Shown here piece after piece: positions 26,190 to 35,519 of a DNA stretch of 55,168 nt (position 1 is the stretch's first letter; each line of letters starts with the position of its first letter). The position numbers and the translations under genes were made by a program. The notes under the pieces are model-generated. The model was not told where the DNA came from, did not search any database, and worked only from the letters and a program-made list of their open reading frames with translations. The DNA comes from Pseudomonadota bacterium (GTDB lineage: Bacteria; Pseudomonadota; Gammaproteobacteria; Burkholderiales; Rhodocyclaceae), in contig JAKJEY010000001.1 of NCBI GenBank assembly GCA_022705165.1, positions 26,012-81,179 of the forward strand. Reading direction: 5' to 3'.

Positions 26190-26867
26190 TCAGGACCGCT
26201 GCAATCGCGCGATGAGGGACTCCAGGTAGCGCTCGAAAAGCCGGTCCGGACTCTGCTTGAACAGGCGGATGCGCCCCGTGTTGTTCAGTACGAGAATGCC
26301 GACAATCTGGGCGAACAGCGCGCTCGTCTCCACGACGGCCTCCGCCGTGCTCAAGCCCAGGGCTTCCAGTTGAACCTGAGCAGGCCGTAAGGCGGCCATC
26401 AGCCGTTCGTTCAGTTCGTGGTTCAGTTCAGGCGTCAGCCCGCGAGGCTTCATGCCGTCGAAAAGGTAGAAGCCCAGGTCGAGTTCCTTCGGATTGTCTC
26501 GGTAGAAGGCATAGAAAGCCCCGGCCTTGGCGCGCAGCAGATCGGCGGCCGACGCCTTTTTGTCCGGCCCGGTGGCAGTTTCGACGGCGTCATTGAGGCG
26601 CTGCAGGGATTCACCGAGCAGGGCGCCATAGATCTCTTCTAGATTGGCGAAATAGCTGTAGATGGCGCCTGGCGTATAGCCGGCCCGCTTCGCGATCTCC
26701 CGCAGACTCGCCCCGTCCAGCCCCAGTTCGAAAAACGCCGAGCGCGCCGCATCGAGGATCAGTGCTCGCCTCGCCTGATTGAGCGCGCTCTCTCTCACCG
26801 CACGGGCGTCGGCGGGGGCGACACTTTTTCTCGGGCCGGGTTTTCGGGCTGTCGTTGACTTATTCAC
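26190..26867 (-). CDS. TetR/AcrR-family regulator
   Basis: ILDAA..AF.ELG..GASLREIAKRAGYTPGAIYSYF; probable GTG start at 26867. Confidence 0.92.
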   Translation of the reverse strand: MNKSTTARKPGPRKSVAPADARAVRESALNQARRALILDAARSAFFELGLDGASLREIAKRAGYTPGAIYSYFANLEEIYGALLGESLQRLNDAVETATGPDKKASAADLLRAKAGAFYAFYRDNPKELDLGFYLFDGMKPRGLTPELNHELNERLMAALRPAQVQLEALGLSTAEAVVETSALFAQIVGILVLNNTGRIRLFKQSPDRLFERYLESLIARLQRS

Positions 26868-26893
26868 AGAGCGGATTCTACACTCACACATCG

Positions 26894-26912
26894 AATTGAA
26901 CACTGTTCAATT
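26894..26912. promoter_or_regulatory. Perfect palindromic operator (likely TetR site)
   Basis: AATTGAACA-C-TGTTCAATT in the short divergent spacer. Confidence 0.8.
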
Positions 26913-26945
26913 TTCTGGAATTCGGCGCATACCGGAGGGAAGATC

Positions 26946-28544
26946 ATGGCGGGCACGAACACAGCGGGTTTGATGGATGGCAAAGCGTTCCGGGAATCAC
27001 TGAGAAAGTACAAACCGACTGTCTATGTCGATGGGCAGGAGATCGCCTCGGTTGCAGACGCGCCGTCGCTTCAGCCTGGCATCAACGCCCTGGCAGTGAC
27101 CTACGACTTTGCCCATGACCCTGCCCTTGCGCCGTTGATGCTGGCAAAACAGACAGCCTCCGGCAAGACCGTCAATCGCATGCTGCACATCGACGAATCC
27201 GCCGGCGACCTGCTGAACAAGCTGGAAGCCATCCGCGTGCTCTGCCAGGAAACCGGCTGCGCTCAGCGCTACCTGGCGCACGATGCCCTCAATGGCATCC
27301 TGCAGGCAGTGACCAGGATGGATGACGCGAAGGGTTCCACCGAGCACGGTGCGAGGTTCGCCGCCTATCTGCAGAAGGTCCAGGACGAAGACATGACGCT
27401 CGGTATCGCCATGACCGACGCCAAGGGCGATCGCAGCAAGCGCCCCAATCAGCAACTCAATCAGGATGTGTACGTCCACATCGTTGAACGCAACGCAAAA
27501 GGCATCGTCATCACCGGCACCAAGGCGATCGTGACGGCTGCGCCCTATGTTCACGAATTCCTGGTCATGCCTTCGCGCAACATGCGTGAGGATGACGCAG
27601 CGTTTGCCGTCTGTTGCGCGGTGCCGGTAGATGCACCGGGCATCACCATCGTATCGCGCCCTGCCGGGCGTCCCGGCGAGAAGCCGGAACACGGCGCCCC
27701 GCTGTTCTCTCGCAAATACGGGCAGGCGACTGGCGTCGTGATCTTCGACAGGGTATTCGTGCCGTGGGAGCGCGTTTTCCTTGCAGGCGACTGGGAGTTC
27801 TCCGGTGACATCACCTACAACTACGCCACGCATCACCGCCACAGTTGCATCGGCGCGCGCGCAGGCTTTGGCGACCTGCTCATTGGCGCGGGGGTGCTGA
27901 TGTGTGAAGCAAACGGCCTCGACCCCGACAGGAAGGCCAACCTGCGTGACCCGATGGTCGAGTTGATCAAGATTACCGAAGGTTTCTATGCCTGCGGGGT
28001 TGCCGCCAGCGTCTACGCGGTTCAGGACCCGCATTCAAAGACCTTCATGCCTGAACCGGTGTATTCGAACATCGGGAAACTGCTGCTTTCGACCCAGATC
28101 TACGACATGCACCGACTGGCCCATGAAGTCTCTGGCGGACTGATCGTCGCATTGCCGGGACCGGACGAGGATCACAACCCGGCAACCGCGGCCACCCTCG
28201 CGGAAATGCTGCGTGCAAACCCGAATGTCCCTTACGACAAACGTATCGAGGTCTCGCGCTTCATCGAGGATCTGACGGCCTCCTACCAGGGCGGCTGGTA
28301 CTCCCTCATCAGCCTGCACGGCGGCGGATCCCCGACGGCGCTGAAACAGGAAATCTGGCGCAACTATCCGGTAGGCAACAAGGTTGCGCTGGTGGAGCGG
28401 CTACTGGAGCGGGGCGTTCTCGCTGAGGACGAGCGCGCCATCACCAGAAACAGGCAGCCCGGGCGCTGCTGTGATGCGGGTTGCAGCGAACCGGGCCAGG
28501 CGTTCATGGTCCCGTTGCCGGAAATCAAACGAACTGGTCACTGA
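26946..28544 (+). CDS. 4-hydroxybutyryl-CoA dehydratase / 4-hydroxyphenylacetate 3-hydroxylase (AbfD/HpaB) family flavoprotein with divergent active site
   Basis: ESLRK..P.VY..G, AMTD.KGDR, IVER...GIV..G.K, IFDRVFVPWERVF and SLHGGGSP motifs; specific activity not assignable. Confidence 0.88.
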   Translation: MAGTNTAGLMDGKAFRESLRKYKPTVYVDGQEIASVADAPSLQPGINALAVTYDFAHDPALAPLMLAKQTASGKTVNRMLHIDESAGDLLNKLEAIRVLCQETGCAQRYLAHDALNGILQAVTRMDDAKGSTEHGARFAAYLQKVQDEDMTLGIAMTDAKGDRSKRPNQQLNQDVYVHIVERNAKGIVITGTKAIVTAAPYVHEFLVMPSRNMREDDAAFAVCCAVPVDAPGITIVSRPAGRPGEKPEHGAPLFSRKYGQATGVVIFDRVFVPWERVFLAGDWEFSGDITYNYATHHRHSCIGARAGFGDLLIGAGVLMCEANGLDPDRKANLRDPMVELIKITEGFYACGVAASVYAVQDPHSKTFMPEPVYSNIGKLLLSTQIYDMHRLAHEVSGGLIVALPGPDEDHNPATAATLAEMLRANPNVPYDKRIEVSRFIEDLTASYQGGWYSLISLHGGGSPTALKQEIWRNYPVGNKVALVERLLERGVLAEDERAITRNRQPGRCCDAGCSEPGQAFMVPLPEIKRTGH

Positions 28545-28731
28545 TTCCGGCGACGAGAGGGGCATAGGACGCCAGGCGCGTGTTCCGGAGGCGATCTGGC
28601 GTCCCGCATGGTGCCCCGTGCCGTCGCGGCGTCACATCGCGCCCCGTCGATTCAGTCGCTCGGCGGAGGGCCCGATTGACCGGCTGGGCCGACAGGGCGA
28701 ATTTCTCGCCGGCGGGAGATGATGTCGCCGC

Positions 28732-29442
28732 TCAGTTGGCAGCGTTCTTGGGCTGACAGCGGTTGAAGATGGAATCTTCGGAGGGCACGAACGCCCCGAA
28801 GTCATGGTTCGCGAACTTGCGCGCGGCTTCCGGCTCCACGCCGAGCGAACGCAGGATGGATTCTGCAAGGTCGCGCGGATACTGCTCCGAAATCGTTTCG
28901 GTCAGTGCGGTATGGAGTGCGGCGATCACCGGGCCAAGGATCAGGTCGAAAGCCAGCCGTTGGTTGGTCACCGTGAATCTCCCCGCAGCAACGCCTGCCG
29001 CAATATCACGCGGGACGACGCCCGCAGCAAGAATTCCCGCCGCGATTGCGCCTGGCCCGCCGCGGACGATGAACTCCGCCAGCAGCGGATAGCAGCGGGC
29101 AAGCTTCACGACCAGCGTGACACCACAGGCAACCCGTGCGGCAGGATCCGTTTGCGCGAGGACGATCGGATCGACGAGGCGGATCAGCTCATTACTGACC
29201 TCCTGCGCCACTGCAGCGAACAGTTCATCGTTGGTCCGGAAGTAGTTGTAGAAGGTGCCGCGTGCGACACCGGCCTGCTGGATGATCGAATCGATGATCG
29301 CCGCGTCTGCACCATGCTTCGCAAAGACGGGAAGCGCAGCGGCCAGAAGCTTGGCACGTGTTCTTTCCCGCCGCTCCTGGCCGACGCGCGTCCGGTGATC
29401 GGCACGCGGCGGCTGTCCGGAGCTCGTGCGCGGCACCATCAT
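28732..29442 (-). CDS. TetR/AcrR-family regulator
   Basis: RRERTRAKLL.AA..VFA.HG...IDSII..AGVARGTFYNYF. Confidence 0.92.
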   Translation of the reverse strand: MMVPRTSSGQPPRADHRTRVGQERRERTRAKLLAAALPVFAKHGADAAIIDSIIQQAGVARGTFYNYFRTNDELFAAVAQEVSNELIRLVDPIVLAQTDPAARVACGVTLVVKLARCYPLLAEFIVRGGPGAIAAGILAAGVVPRDIAAGVAAGRFTVTNQRLAFDLILGPVIAALHTALTETISEQYPRDLAESILRSLGVEPEAARKFANHDFGAFVPSEDSIFNRCQPKNAAN

Positions 29443-29451
29443 GCGCCTGCC

Positions 29452-30246
29452 CTAGAAGCGGAAACTGACACCGCCATAGACGCCATCATTGCGCATGTCG
29501 TAGAGAAATCCACTGTCGTCATAATCGGTTCTCAGGTAACGATAACCAAAATTGGCAGTCGCCGTCTTCGAGATCGCATAGGAAAGCCCGAGGCTGGCCT
29601 GCCAGGTACGGTCGGAGCCGACATTGAAGCCGCCGATGTCTGCATACGCCGTCGCGGCCCATCGATCGTTGATCGGATAACGGGCGCGAATGCCGACGTA
29701 AGGATCCGTCCAGTGCTTGCGGCCATCTTCCTTTATTGTCCCGGTCAGGCCATTGATCGCGGCGTTGATCTTCGCTTCGGCATCGATGCTGTTGTAGCGC
29801 AGCCCCCCGATTATATCGACTGGCACGTCACCCTCGGCGATGCGATAGAACATCGCTGCCGAAAGCATCGTCTGGCGAAGCGTCATCTTCGCGTCAACGG
29901 TCGGGCCGCCGGGGCGGCCTGCCGAGGCTGAATCGGAGTTCTTCATGTACATGCCGTCGAACAGCAGGCCCCATTGTCCCTTGCGCGCCTCGAAGGCGCT
30001 CATGAAGCCGAAATCCAGGGTCGACAGGATGTCCGAGAACTTCATATCGAGGGTCGTCTTTGGCAGGGGGCCGGCCTGGATATCGCCATTCATGCGGGCA
30101 GCCCACAGATACGGGGTCAATTCGAATTGCCACTCGGACGGGGAGGCACTCTGGGCATTGGCCAGGCCGCTCCAGGCGAGCAGGCACATGGCAGAGGCGC
30201 GAAGCCTTGCCTTCCGCGCGAGGAAGGCGGAGATATTGAAATGCAT
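29452..30246 (-). CDS. Outer-membrane beta-barrel protein
   Basis: Signal peptide; WQFELTPYLW; amphipathic strands; C-terminal GVSFRF BAM signal. Confidence 0.8.
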   Translation of the reverse strand: MHFNISAFLARKARLRASAMCLLAWSGLANAQSASPSEWQFELTPYLWAARMNGDIQAGPLPKTTLDMKFSDILSTLDFGFMSAFEARKGQWGLLFDGMYMKNSDSASAGRPGGPTVDAKMTLRQTMLSAAMFYRIAEGDVPVDIIGGLRYNSIDAEAKINAAINGLTGTIKEDGRKHWTDPYVGIRARYPINDRWAATAYADIGGFNVGSDRTWQASLGLSYAISKTATANFGYRYLRTDYDDSGFLYDMRNDGVYGGVSFRF

Positions 30247-30301
30247 CGGGGTATTCCTTGTAGTATGAGTTGAGCAGCGGCGGAATCCCGCCGCGCCCCG
30301 A

Positions 30302-32107
30302 TCAGAGATCCATCTGGTCGATGCCCCAGTCGATACCCTCGACCTTCGGCATTTCCCGACCGTCATCCGTGCCGATCTCGACCTTGATGATGGCTTCCAG
30401 CTTTTCGCTCATGGTGGCGACGAGTGCAGCGTTTTCGCCCTTCGTCATCGCGAGGTTCATCGTTTCTGCCGGGTCCTGCTGCAGGTCGAACAACTCCAGG
30501 TCGTTCCAGCGATAGAGCTCGTCGAGGTTGTGCGGGCGATTGCGGTCGAGCGGCGAGAAGTAACGGGTGAACTTGTAACGGCCGTCGAAAACGCAACGCA
30601 GGCTGCCGCGCTTCTTCAGGTTCGGCCGGTAGCCGGCATCACGCACGGCCGTCTTCGGATCCTTGCCTGCTTCACGGGCCTCGGAGATCAGGCGGACGAG
30701 TTCGCTGTCGTTCGTTGCCAGTCCGCTGTAGGTGAACAGCACGCTGTCACGGACCGCATGCAGCCCCGCGCGCGCCGGGTCGCCGAGGGCGCCGGAGAAG
30801 TCCTTGCCCGGCAGGCTGCGCCCCGCGAATTGCCCCGCCTGATCAGCCGAAACACCGCACAGCGACAGCACGGTCGGCACGATATCGATGTGGCCGGTCA
30901 AGGACTTGCATTGCTTGCCGCCGCCGACATCCGGATGGGCGATGATCAGTGGCAGGTGGATGGCTTCCTGATACGCGAAGGGGCCCTTGCCGCGCAGGCC
31001 GTGGGCGCCGCCCATTTCGCCGTGGTCGGAGGTGAACATCACGATCGTGTTCTCGGTCAGTCCGAGTGCGTCAAGCTCGTCGAGCAGGCGGACAAGCTGC
31101 ATGTCGACCGAACGCAGTGAATTGAAATAGAAGTCGTTGAAGCGGTCCCAGCGCTCGTTTTCCATCGGGATGTTGCCGAGCGTGTAACCCCAGGCGCGGT
31201 TGAATTCGGCGTGGGCACGCGGACGTCCCGGCGCATCGATCGCCTGCCGGAGCGTTCCGGGGAGCGGCGCGTGCCACTGCTTGTGGTAAAGCTGGTGGTC
31301 GGGGGCGCGCGCGGAGCGCATCATGAGCTTGCCGTTGTCCTGGACGCTCTCTCCCGGGCGGTCGGTGTTGAAGTACATGATGTCGTGCGGATTGACCAGG
31401 CTCACGAAAAGCGACCAGGGCTTGCCATCGGCATTGAGCTGCTGCCCCTTCTCGCGCATCCACGCAATGGCGCCGCCGGTGATCTCATGGTCGCGCCGGT
31501 AGCCACCCAGCGCGTGCGCCAGGCCGTCGACCGGCAGGCCGAAATCGGAAAATCCGTAGGCATCCATCTCGGGGGCGAACACCTTCTCCGGTGACCTTGC
31601 GTCGAAACTGTGGTCGAGATGCCACTTGCCCTTGTAGGCCGTGTAGTAGCCTGCCTTCCGCAGCATGTGGCCGATCGTCGGGACGGAGGTCGACATGGCC
31701 TTCACGTACGGCATGTCGGCGTTCTCGAACATGCCGTTGTCCGGCGTCTGCAGGCCGGTCAACAGGACTGCCCGCGAACTCGTGCACATCACGGCGGGAC
31801 AATAGTGGCTTTCGAAGGAAACGCCGCGGCGTTTCAGTCGTTCGTGCCCTTCCAGCACCAAGCCGTTCGGGAATGCCTTGATGTAGCGTTCCTGGTCAGT
31901 GAACACGAAGAGCACGTTCGGTCGTCCGGTCTTGTTCCGTCGGACCGCAGCCCCCCGGGGGGCATCATCCGCATTTTTTCTGTCGGAGGTCGCCGCAGCG
32001 GCGTTTGCGGCGAGCAGGGGTGCGGCGGCGACGCTTGCCGCCGCTGCCAGAAACCGGCGTCGTGCGTTTTCGTGATCTGCCAGATCGTCTGTCTTGATTT
32101 CGTCCAT
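30302..32107 (-). CDS. Tat-exported formylglycine-type sulfatase
   Basis: RRRFL Tat motif; PNVLF..TDQ; CTSSRAVLLTG; GKWHL; NPHD; TSDHG. Confidence 0.9.
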   Translation of the reverse strand: MDEIKTDDLADHENARRRFLAAAASVAAAPLLAANAAAATSDRKNADDAPRGAAVRRNKTGRPNVLFVFTDQERYIKAFPNGLVLEGHERLKRRGVSFESHYCPAVMCTSSRAVLLTGLQTPDNGMFENADMPYVKAMSTSVPTIGHMLRKAGYYTAYKGKWHLDHSFDARSPEKVFAPEMDAYGFSDFGLPVDGLAHALGGYRRDHEITGGAIAWMREKGQQLNADGKPWSLFVSLVNPHDIMYFNTDRPGESVQDNGKLMMRSARAPDHQLYHKQWHAPLPGTLRQAIDAPGRPRAHAEFNRAWGYTLGNIPMENERWDRFNDFYFNSLRSVDMQLVRLLDELDALGLTENTIVMFTSDHGEMGGAHGLRGKGPFAYQEAIHLPLIIAHPDVGGGKQCKSLTGHIDIVPTVLSLCGVSADQAGQFAGRSLPGKDFSGALGDPARAGLHAVRDSVLFTYSGLATNDSELVRLISEAREAGKDPKTAVRDAGYRPNLKKRGSLRCVFDGRYKFTRYFSPLDRNRPHNLDELYRWNDLELFDLQQDPAETMNLAMTKGENAALVATMSEKLEAIIKVEIGTDDGREMPKVEGIDWGIDQMDL

Positions 32108-32391
32108 GTCATGTCCTGTTGGAGAGTGATTGTCGCCCCCGTTAGCGGGCCCCCGGCCTTGTCTGCGGCCGTATGAGACTGATTGTATCGTCAACATGAC
32201 GAAAATGTCATTTCATAAGAAACAGAGGGCTCGGGTTATTCGCTGCGGGTGATTTCAGCCTAGAAAAAAGCCGGCCCCTGATTTCCGTCAGTGACTCGCC
32301 GGGTGGACTCATCCTGAAGCCAGTGCTCTCAGTGCAAAGACACGGCCGGCGACGACGAGCGACTTAAGCCCGGACCTTCGGCCCGGCGCCG

Positions 32392-35300
32392 CTAATGAAA
32401 ATCCCGGCTCACCGTTTCCAGCGCCCCCAGCCACGTGCTGAGGTCGACCAGTCGCCCGGCGACCAGATGCACCACCTCCCCTTCACGCTGTACCTGGCCG
32501 AGCACACCGAGCAGGCGTGCACCAAGCAGTTCGCGCCGCTGCCGGTCGGCGAGCCGGCCGTAGATCACGATATTGGCGAGGCCGGTCTCGTCTTCCAGGG
32601 TCACGAACACGACGCCGCTCGCCGTGCCCGGCCGCTGCCGGCAGGTGACGATGCCGGCCATGCGCGCCAATGCGCGGTCCGGCTGTTCCGCAAGGCCGCG
32701 GGCGGAAAGAAAGCGGCGGGTCGCGAGCCGATCGCGCAGGAGGCGCAGCGGGTGCGGCCCGAGCGTCAAGCCGAGACTGCGGTAGTCGGCGACGAGTTCT
32801 TCTCCCTCGCTGGGTGCAGCGAGCGTGATCGCTGCCGGCGGTGCCTCCGGTTCGTGGGCGAAGGAAAGCAGATCGAGTTGCACGGCGGCACCAGCCGCTG
32901 CCCAGGCGGCCTGACGGCGATGCCCGGCGATCGCCTGCAGCGCCCCGGCCTGCGCAAGGAGGTCGAGATCGCGCTGCGCGAGACCGGTACGCGCAGCCAG
33001 CTCGGCAGTGCTCGCGTAGCCGCCTGCCGGCCGGTGGACCACGAGGGCCTCGGCAGCTGACTGCGAGAGGCCGGCAATCCCCTGCAGGCCAAGGCGTACC
33101 GCTCCCGCCTCGAGACCGGCCGCGACATCGCTGGTCTGGACATCGACTGGCAGCACGCGCACGCCGTGGCGGCGCGCATCCCGCACGATCTGCGACGGCG
33201 CGTAGAAGCCCATCGGCTGGCTGTTGAGCAGCGCGCAGAGAAATACCGCCGGATGGTGGCGCTTGAGCCAGGCCGAGACATAGGCGAGCAGCGCGAACGA
33301 GGCCGCGTGCGATTCAGGAAAACCGTAGTCGCCGAAACCCTCGATCTGCCGGTAGAGCCGTTCCGCGAGTTCCGCCGGGTAGCCGCGCGCCGCCATGCCG
33401 GAAAGCAGCTTGTCGCGGAAGTGGCCGAGCCCGCCCTTGCGCTGCCACGCGCCCATTGCACGGCGCAGCTGGTCGGCCTCGCCGGGCGTGAAACCGGCGG
33501 CAACGACGGCCAGCTGCATCGCCTGCTCCTGGAAAATCGGCACGCCATAGGTCCGGGCGAGCACGTCCTCGAGTTCCGGTCGCGAGAAGCGCAGGGGCTC
33601 GCCGCTGGCACGCAGGCGCTCGCGCCGCTTCAGGTAGGGATGCACCATGCCGCCCTGGATCGGTCCCGGCCGCACGATGGCTACCTGCACGACGAGATCG
33701 TAGAACTCGCTTGGCTTGAGGCGCGGCAGCATGCTCATCTGCGCCCGCGATTCGATCTGGAAGACACCGACGGTATCGGCACGGCAGATCATCTCGTAGG
33801 TCGCGGCATCCTCGGCCGGGATGTCCTGCATCCGCATGCCCAGCAGGTCGAGCGCGCGGCGCGCGGCAGAGAGCATGCCCAACGCGAGTACATCGACCTT
33901 CAGCAGGCCAAGCGCCTCGATGTCGTTCTTGTCCCACTGGATCACGGTGCGGTTTTCCATCGCGGCGTTCTCGATCGGCACCAGCCGCGCCAGCGGCCCG
34001 CGCGAAATGACGAAACCGCCGACGTGCTGGGAGAGATGGCGCGGAAATCCGACCAGCATCTCCGTCAGTGCCAGCCATTTCACGACACGCGGGCTTTCCG
34101 GATCGAGGCCGATGGCGGCACAGCGGGCCGGCAGCTGGTCACGCCTGTCCCACCACGCCAGCGAGCCGGAGAGCGCATCGATCTGCGCCGTGGAAAAGCC
34201 GAGCGTACGACCGACGTCGCGCAGGGCACCGCGCGTGCGGTAGGTGATCAGCGCCGCGGCCAGCGCCGCCCGCTCGCGGCCGTACTTGCGGTAGATGTAC
34301 TGCACCACCTCCTCGCGCCGCTCGTGTTCGAAGTCGACATCGATGTCCGGCGGCTCCCCGCGTTCCTTCGAGATGAAGCGCTCGAAGAGCAGGTTCGAAC
34401 GCGCCGGATCGACCCCGGTGATGCCCAGCGCGTAGCAAACCGCCGAGTTCGCCGCCGAGCCGCGCCCCTGGCAGAGGATCTGCTGGCTGCGCGCAAAATT
34501 GACGATGTCGAAGACGGTCAAGAAATAGGCCTCGTACTGCAGCTCGGCAATGAGCGCCAGTTCGCGCTCGACCTGCCCGCGCACCGACAGCGGCACGCCG
34601 TCGGGGTAACGACGCGCCAGGCCAGCCTCGACCTGGCGTGCAAGGTAAGCGGCCGCCGTCTCGCCGTGCGGCACGATCTCGTCCGGGTATTCGTAGCGCA
34701 GCTCGCCGAGCGAGAAATCGCAGCGTTCGGCGATCTTCAGCGTTTCGTCGAGCAGGGCGCGCGGGTAGAGACGCGCGAGACGAAGGCGGGTACGCAGGTG
34801 GCGTTCGCCGTTGGGAAAGAGTGCGTGGCCGGCTGCAAAGACAGTGCTCTTCAGGCGCAGCGCCGTCAGCACGTCCTGCAGCGGCCGCCGCCCGCGCGCG
34901 TGCATGTGGACGTCGCCCGCTGCCACGGCCGGCAGGCCGCTTGTCTCGGCCAATGCAGTGAGTCGCACCAGCCGTCGTGCGTCGTTCGATCCGTTGAAGA
35001 GGCCGATGCCGAGCCAGCAGCGGCCGGGGAAGCGCTCGGCCAGCCAGCGGCCGGTCGCGGGATCGTCGTCCTCGCTGGCCAGCCACAGGCACAGACAATC
35101 CGGCACGGCGCGGCCGGGGATCAGCGATTCGAGGTCGCCCCGCGTCAGCCGGTAGGCGCCCTTCTCCGCTCGCCGCCGCCCCAGCGTAATGAGTGCCGAG
35201 AGATTGCCGTAACCGGCGCGGTTCTGCGCCAGCAGCACCAGCTTCGTGCCATCGACGAGCGTGAATTCGCTGCCGACGATGAGCTTGAGCCCGGCTTCCC

Positions 35301-35478
35301 TGGCCGCTACATGCGCCCGGACACTGCCGGCCAGGGAACATTCGTCGGTAATGGCCAGCGCGGCATAGCCCAGCGCCTGTGCCCGCGCCACGAGTTCATC
35401 GGGATGCGAAGCGCCACGCAGGAAACTGAAGCAGGAAAGACAGTGCAGCTCGGCAAAGGCCGGCAGATCGGAAGCCAT
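32392..35478 (-). CDS. dnaE2: Error-prone DNA polymerase III alpha DnaE2 (ImuC)
   Basis: AELHC.S.FSFL.GAS, GRGSAANS, PPDIDVDFEH, YGFPESHA and C-terminal SRDFH. Confidence 0.98.
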   Translation of the reverse strand: MASDLPAFAELHCLSCFSFLRGASHPDELVARAQALGYAALAITDECSLAGSVRAHVAAREAGLKLIVGSEFTLVDGTKLVLLAQNRAGYGNLSALITLGRRRAEKGAYRLTRGDLESLIPGRAVPDCLCLWLASEDDDPATGRWLAERFPGRCWLGIGLFNGSNDARRLVRLTALAETSGLPAVAAGDVHMHARGRRPLQDVLTALRLKSTVFAAGHALFPNGERHLRTRLRLARLYPRALLDETLKIAERCDFSLGELRYEYPDEIVPHGETAAAYLARQVEAGLARRYPDGVPLSVRGQVERELALIAELQYEAYFLTVFDIVNFARSQQILCQGRGSAANSAVCYALGITGVDPARSNLLFERFISKERGEPPDIDVDFEHERREEVVQYIYRKYGRERAALAAALITYRTRGALRDVGRTLGFSTAQIDALSGSLAWWDRRDQLPARCAAIGLDPESPRVVKWLALTEMLVGFPRHLSQHVGGFVISRGPLARLVPIENAAMENRTVIQWDKNDIEALGLLKVDVLALGMLSAARRALDLLGMRMQDIPAEDAATYEMICRADTVGVFQIESRAQMSMLPRLKPSEFYDLVVQVAIVRPGPIQGGMVHPYLKRRERLRASGEPLRFSRPELEDVLARTYGVPIFQEQAMQLAVVAAGFTPGEADQLRRAMGAWQRKGGLGHFRDKLLSGMAARGYPAELAERLYRQIEGFGDYGFPESHAASFALLAYVSAWLKRHHPAVFLCALLNSQPMGFYAPSQIVRDARRHGVRVLPVDVQTSDVAAGLEAGAVRLGLQGIAGLSQSAAEALVVHRPAGGYASTAELAARTGLAQRDLDLLAQAGALQAIAGHRRQAAWAAAGAAVQLDLLSFAHEPEAPPAAITLAAPSEGEELVADYRSLGLTLGPHPLRLLRDRLATRRFLSARGLAEQPDRALARMAGIVTCRQRPGTASGVVFVTLEDETGLANIVIYGRLADRQRRELLGARLLGVLGQVQREGEVVHLVAGRLVDLSTWLGALETVSRDFH

Positions 35479-35484
35479 CCATGC

Positions 35485-35513
35485 ACTGTACATTCATACA
35501 GTATATGCGGCAA
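35485..35513 (-). promoter_or_regulatory. dnaE2-specific promoter with LexA (SOS) box
   Basis: CTGTACATTCATACAG (35486-35501) overlaps TTGCCG-N17-TACAGT. Confidence 0.85.
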
Positions 35514-35519
35514 GCAGCG

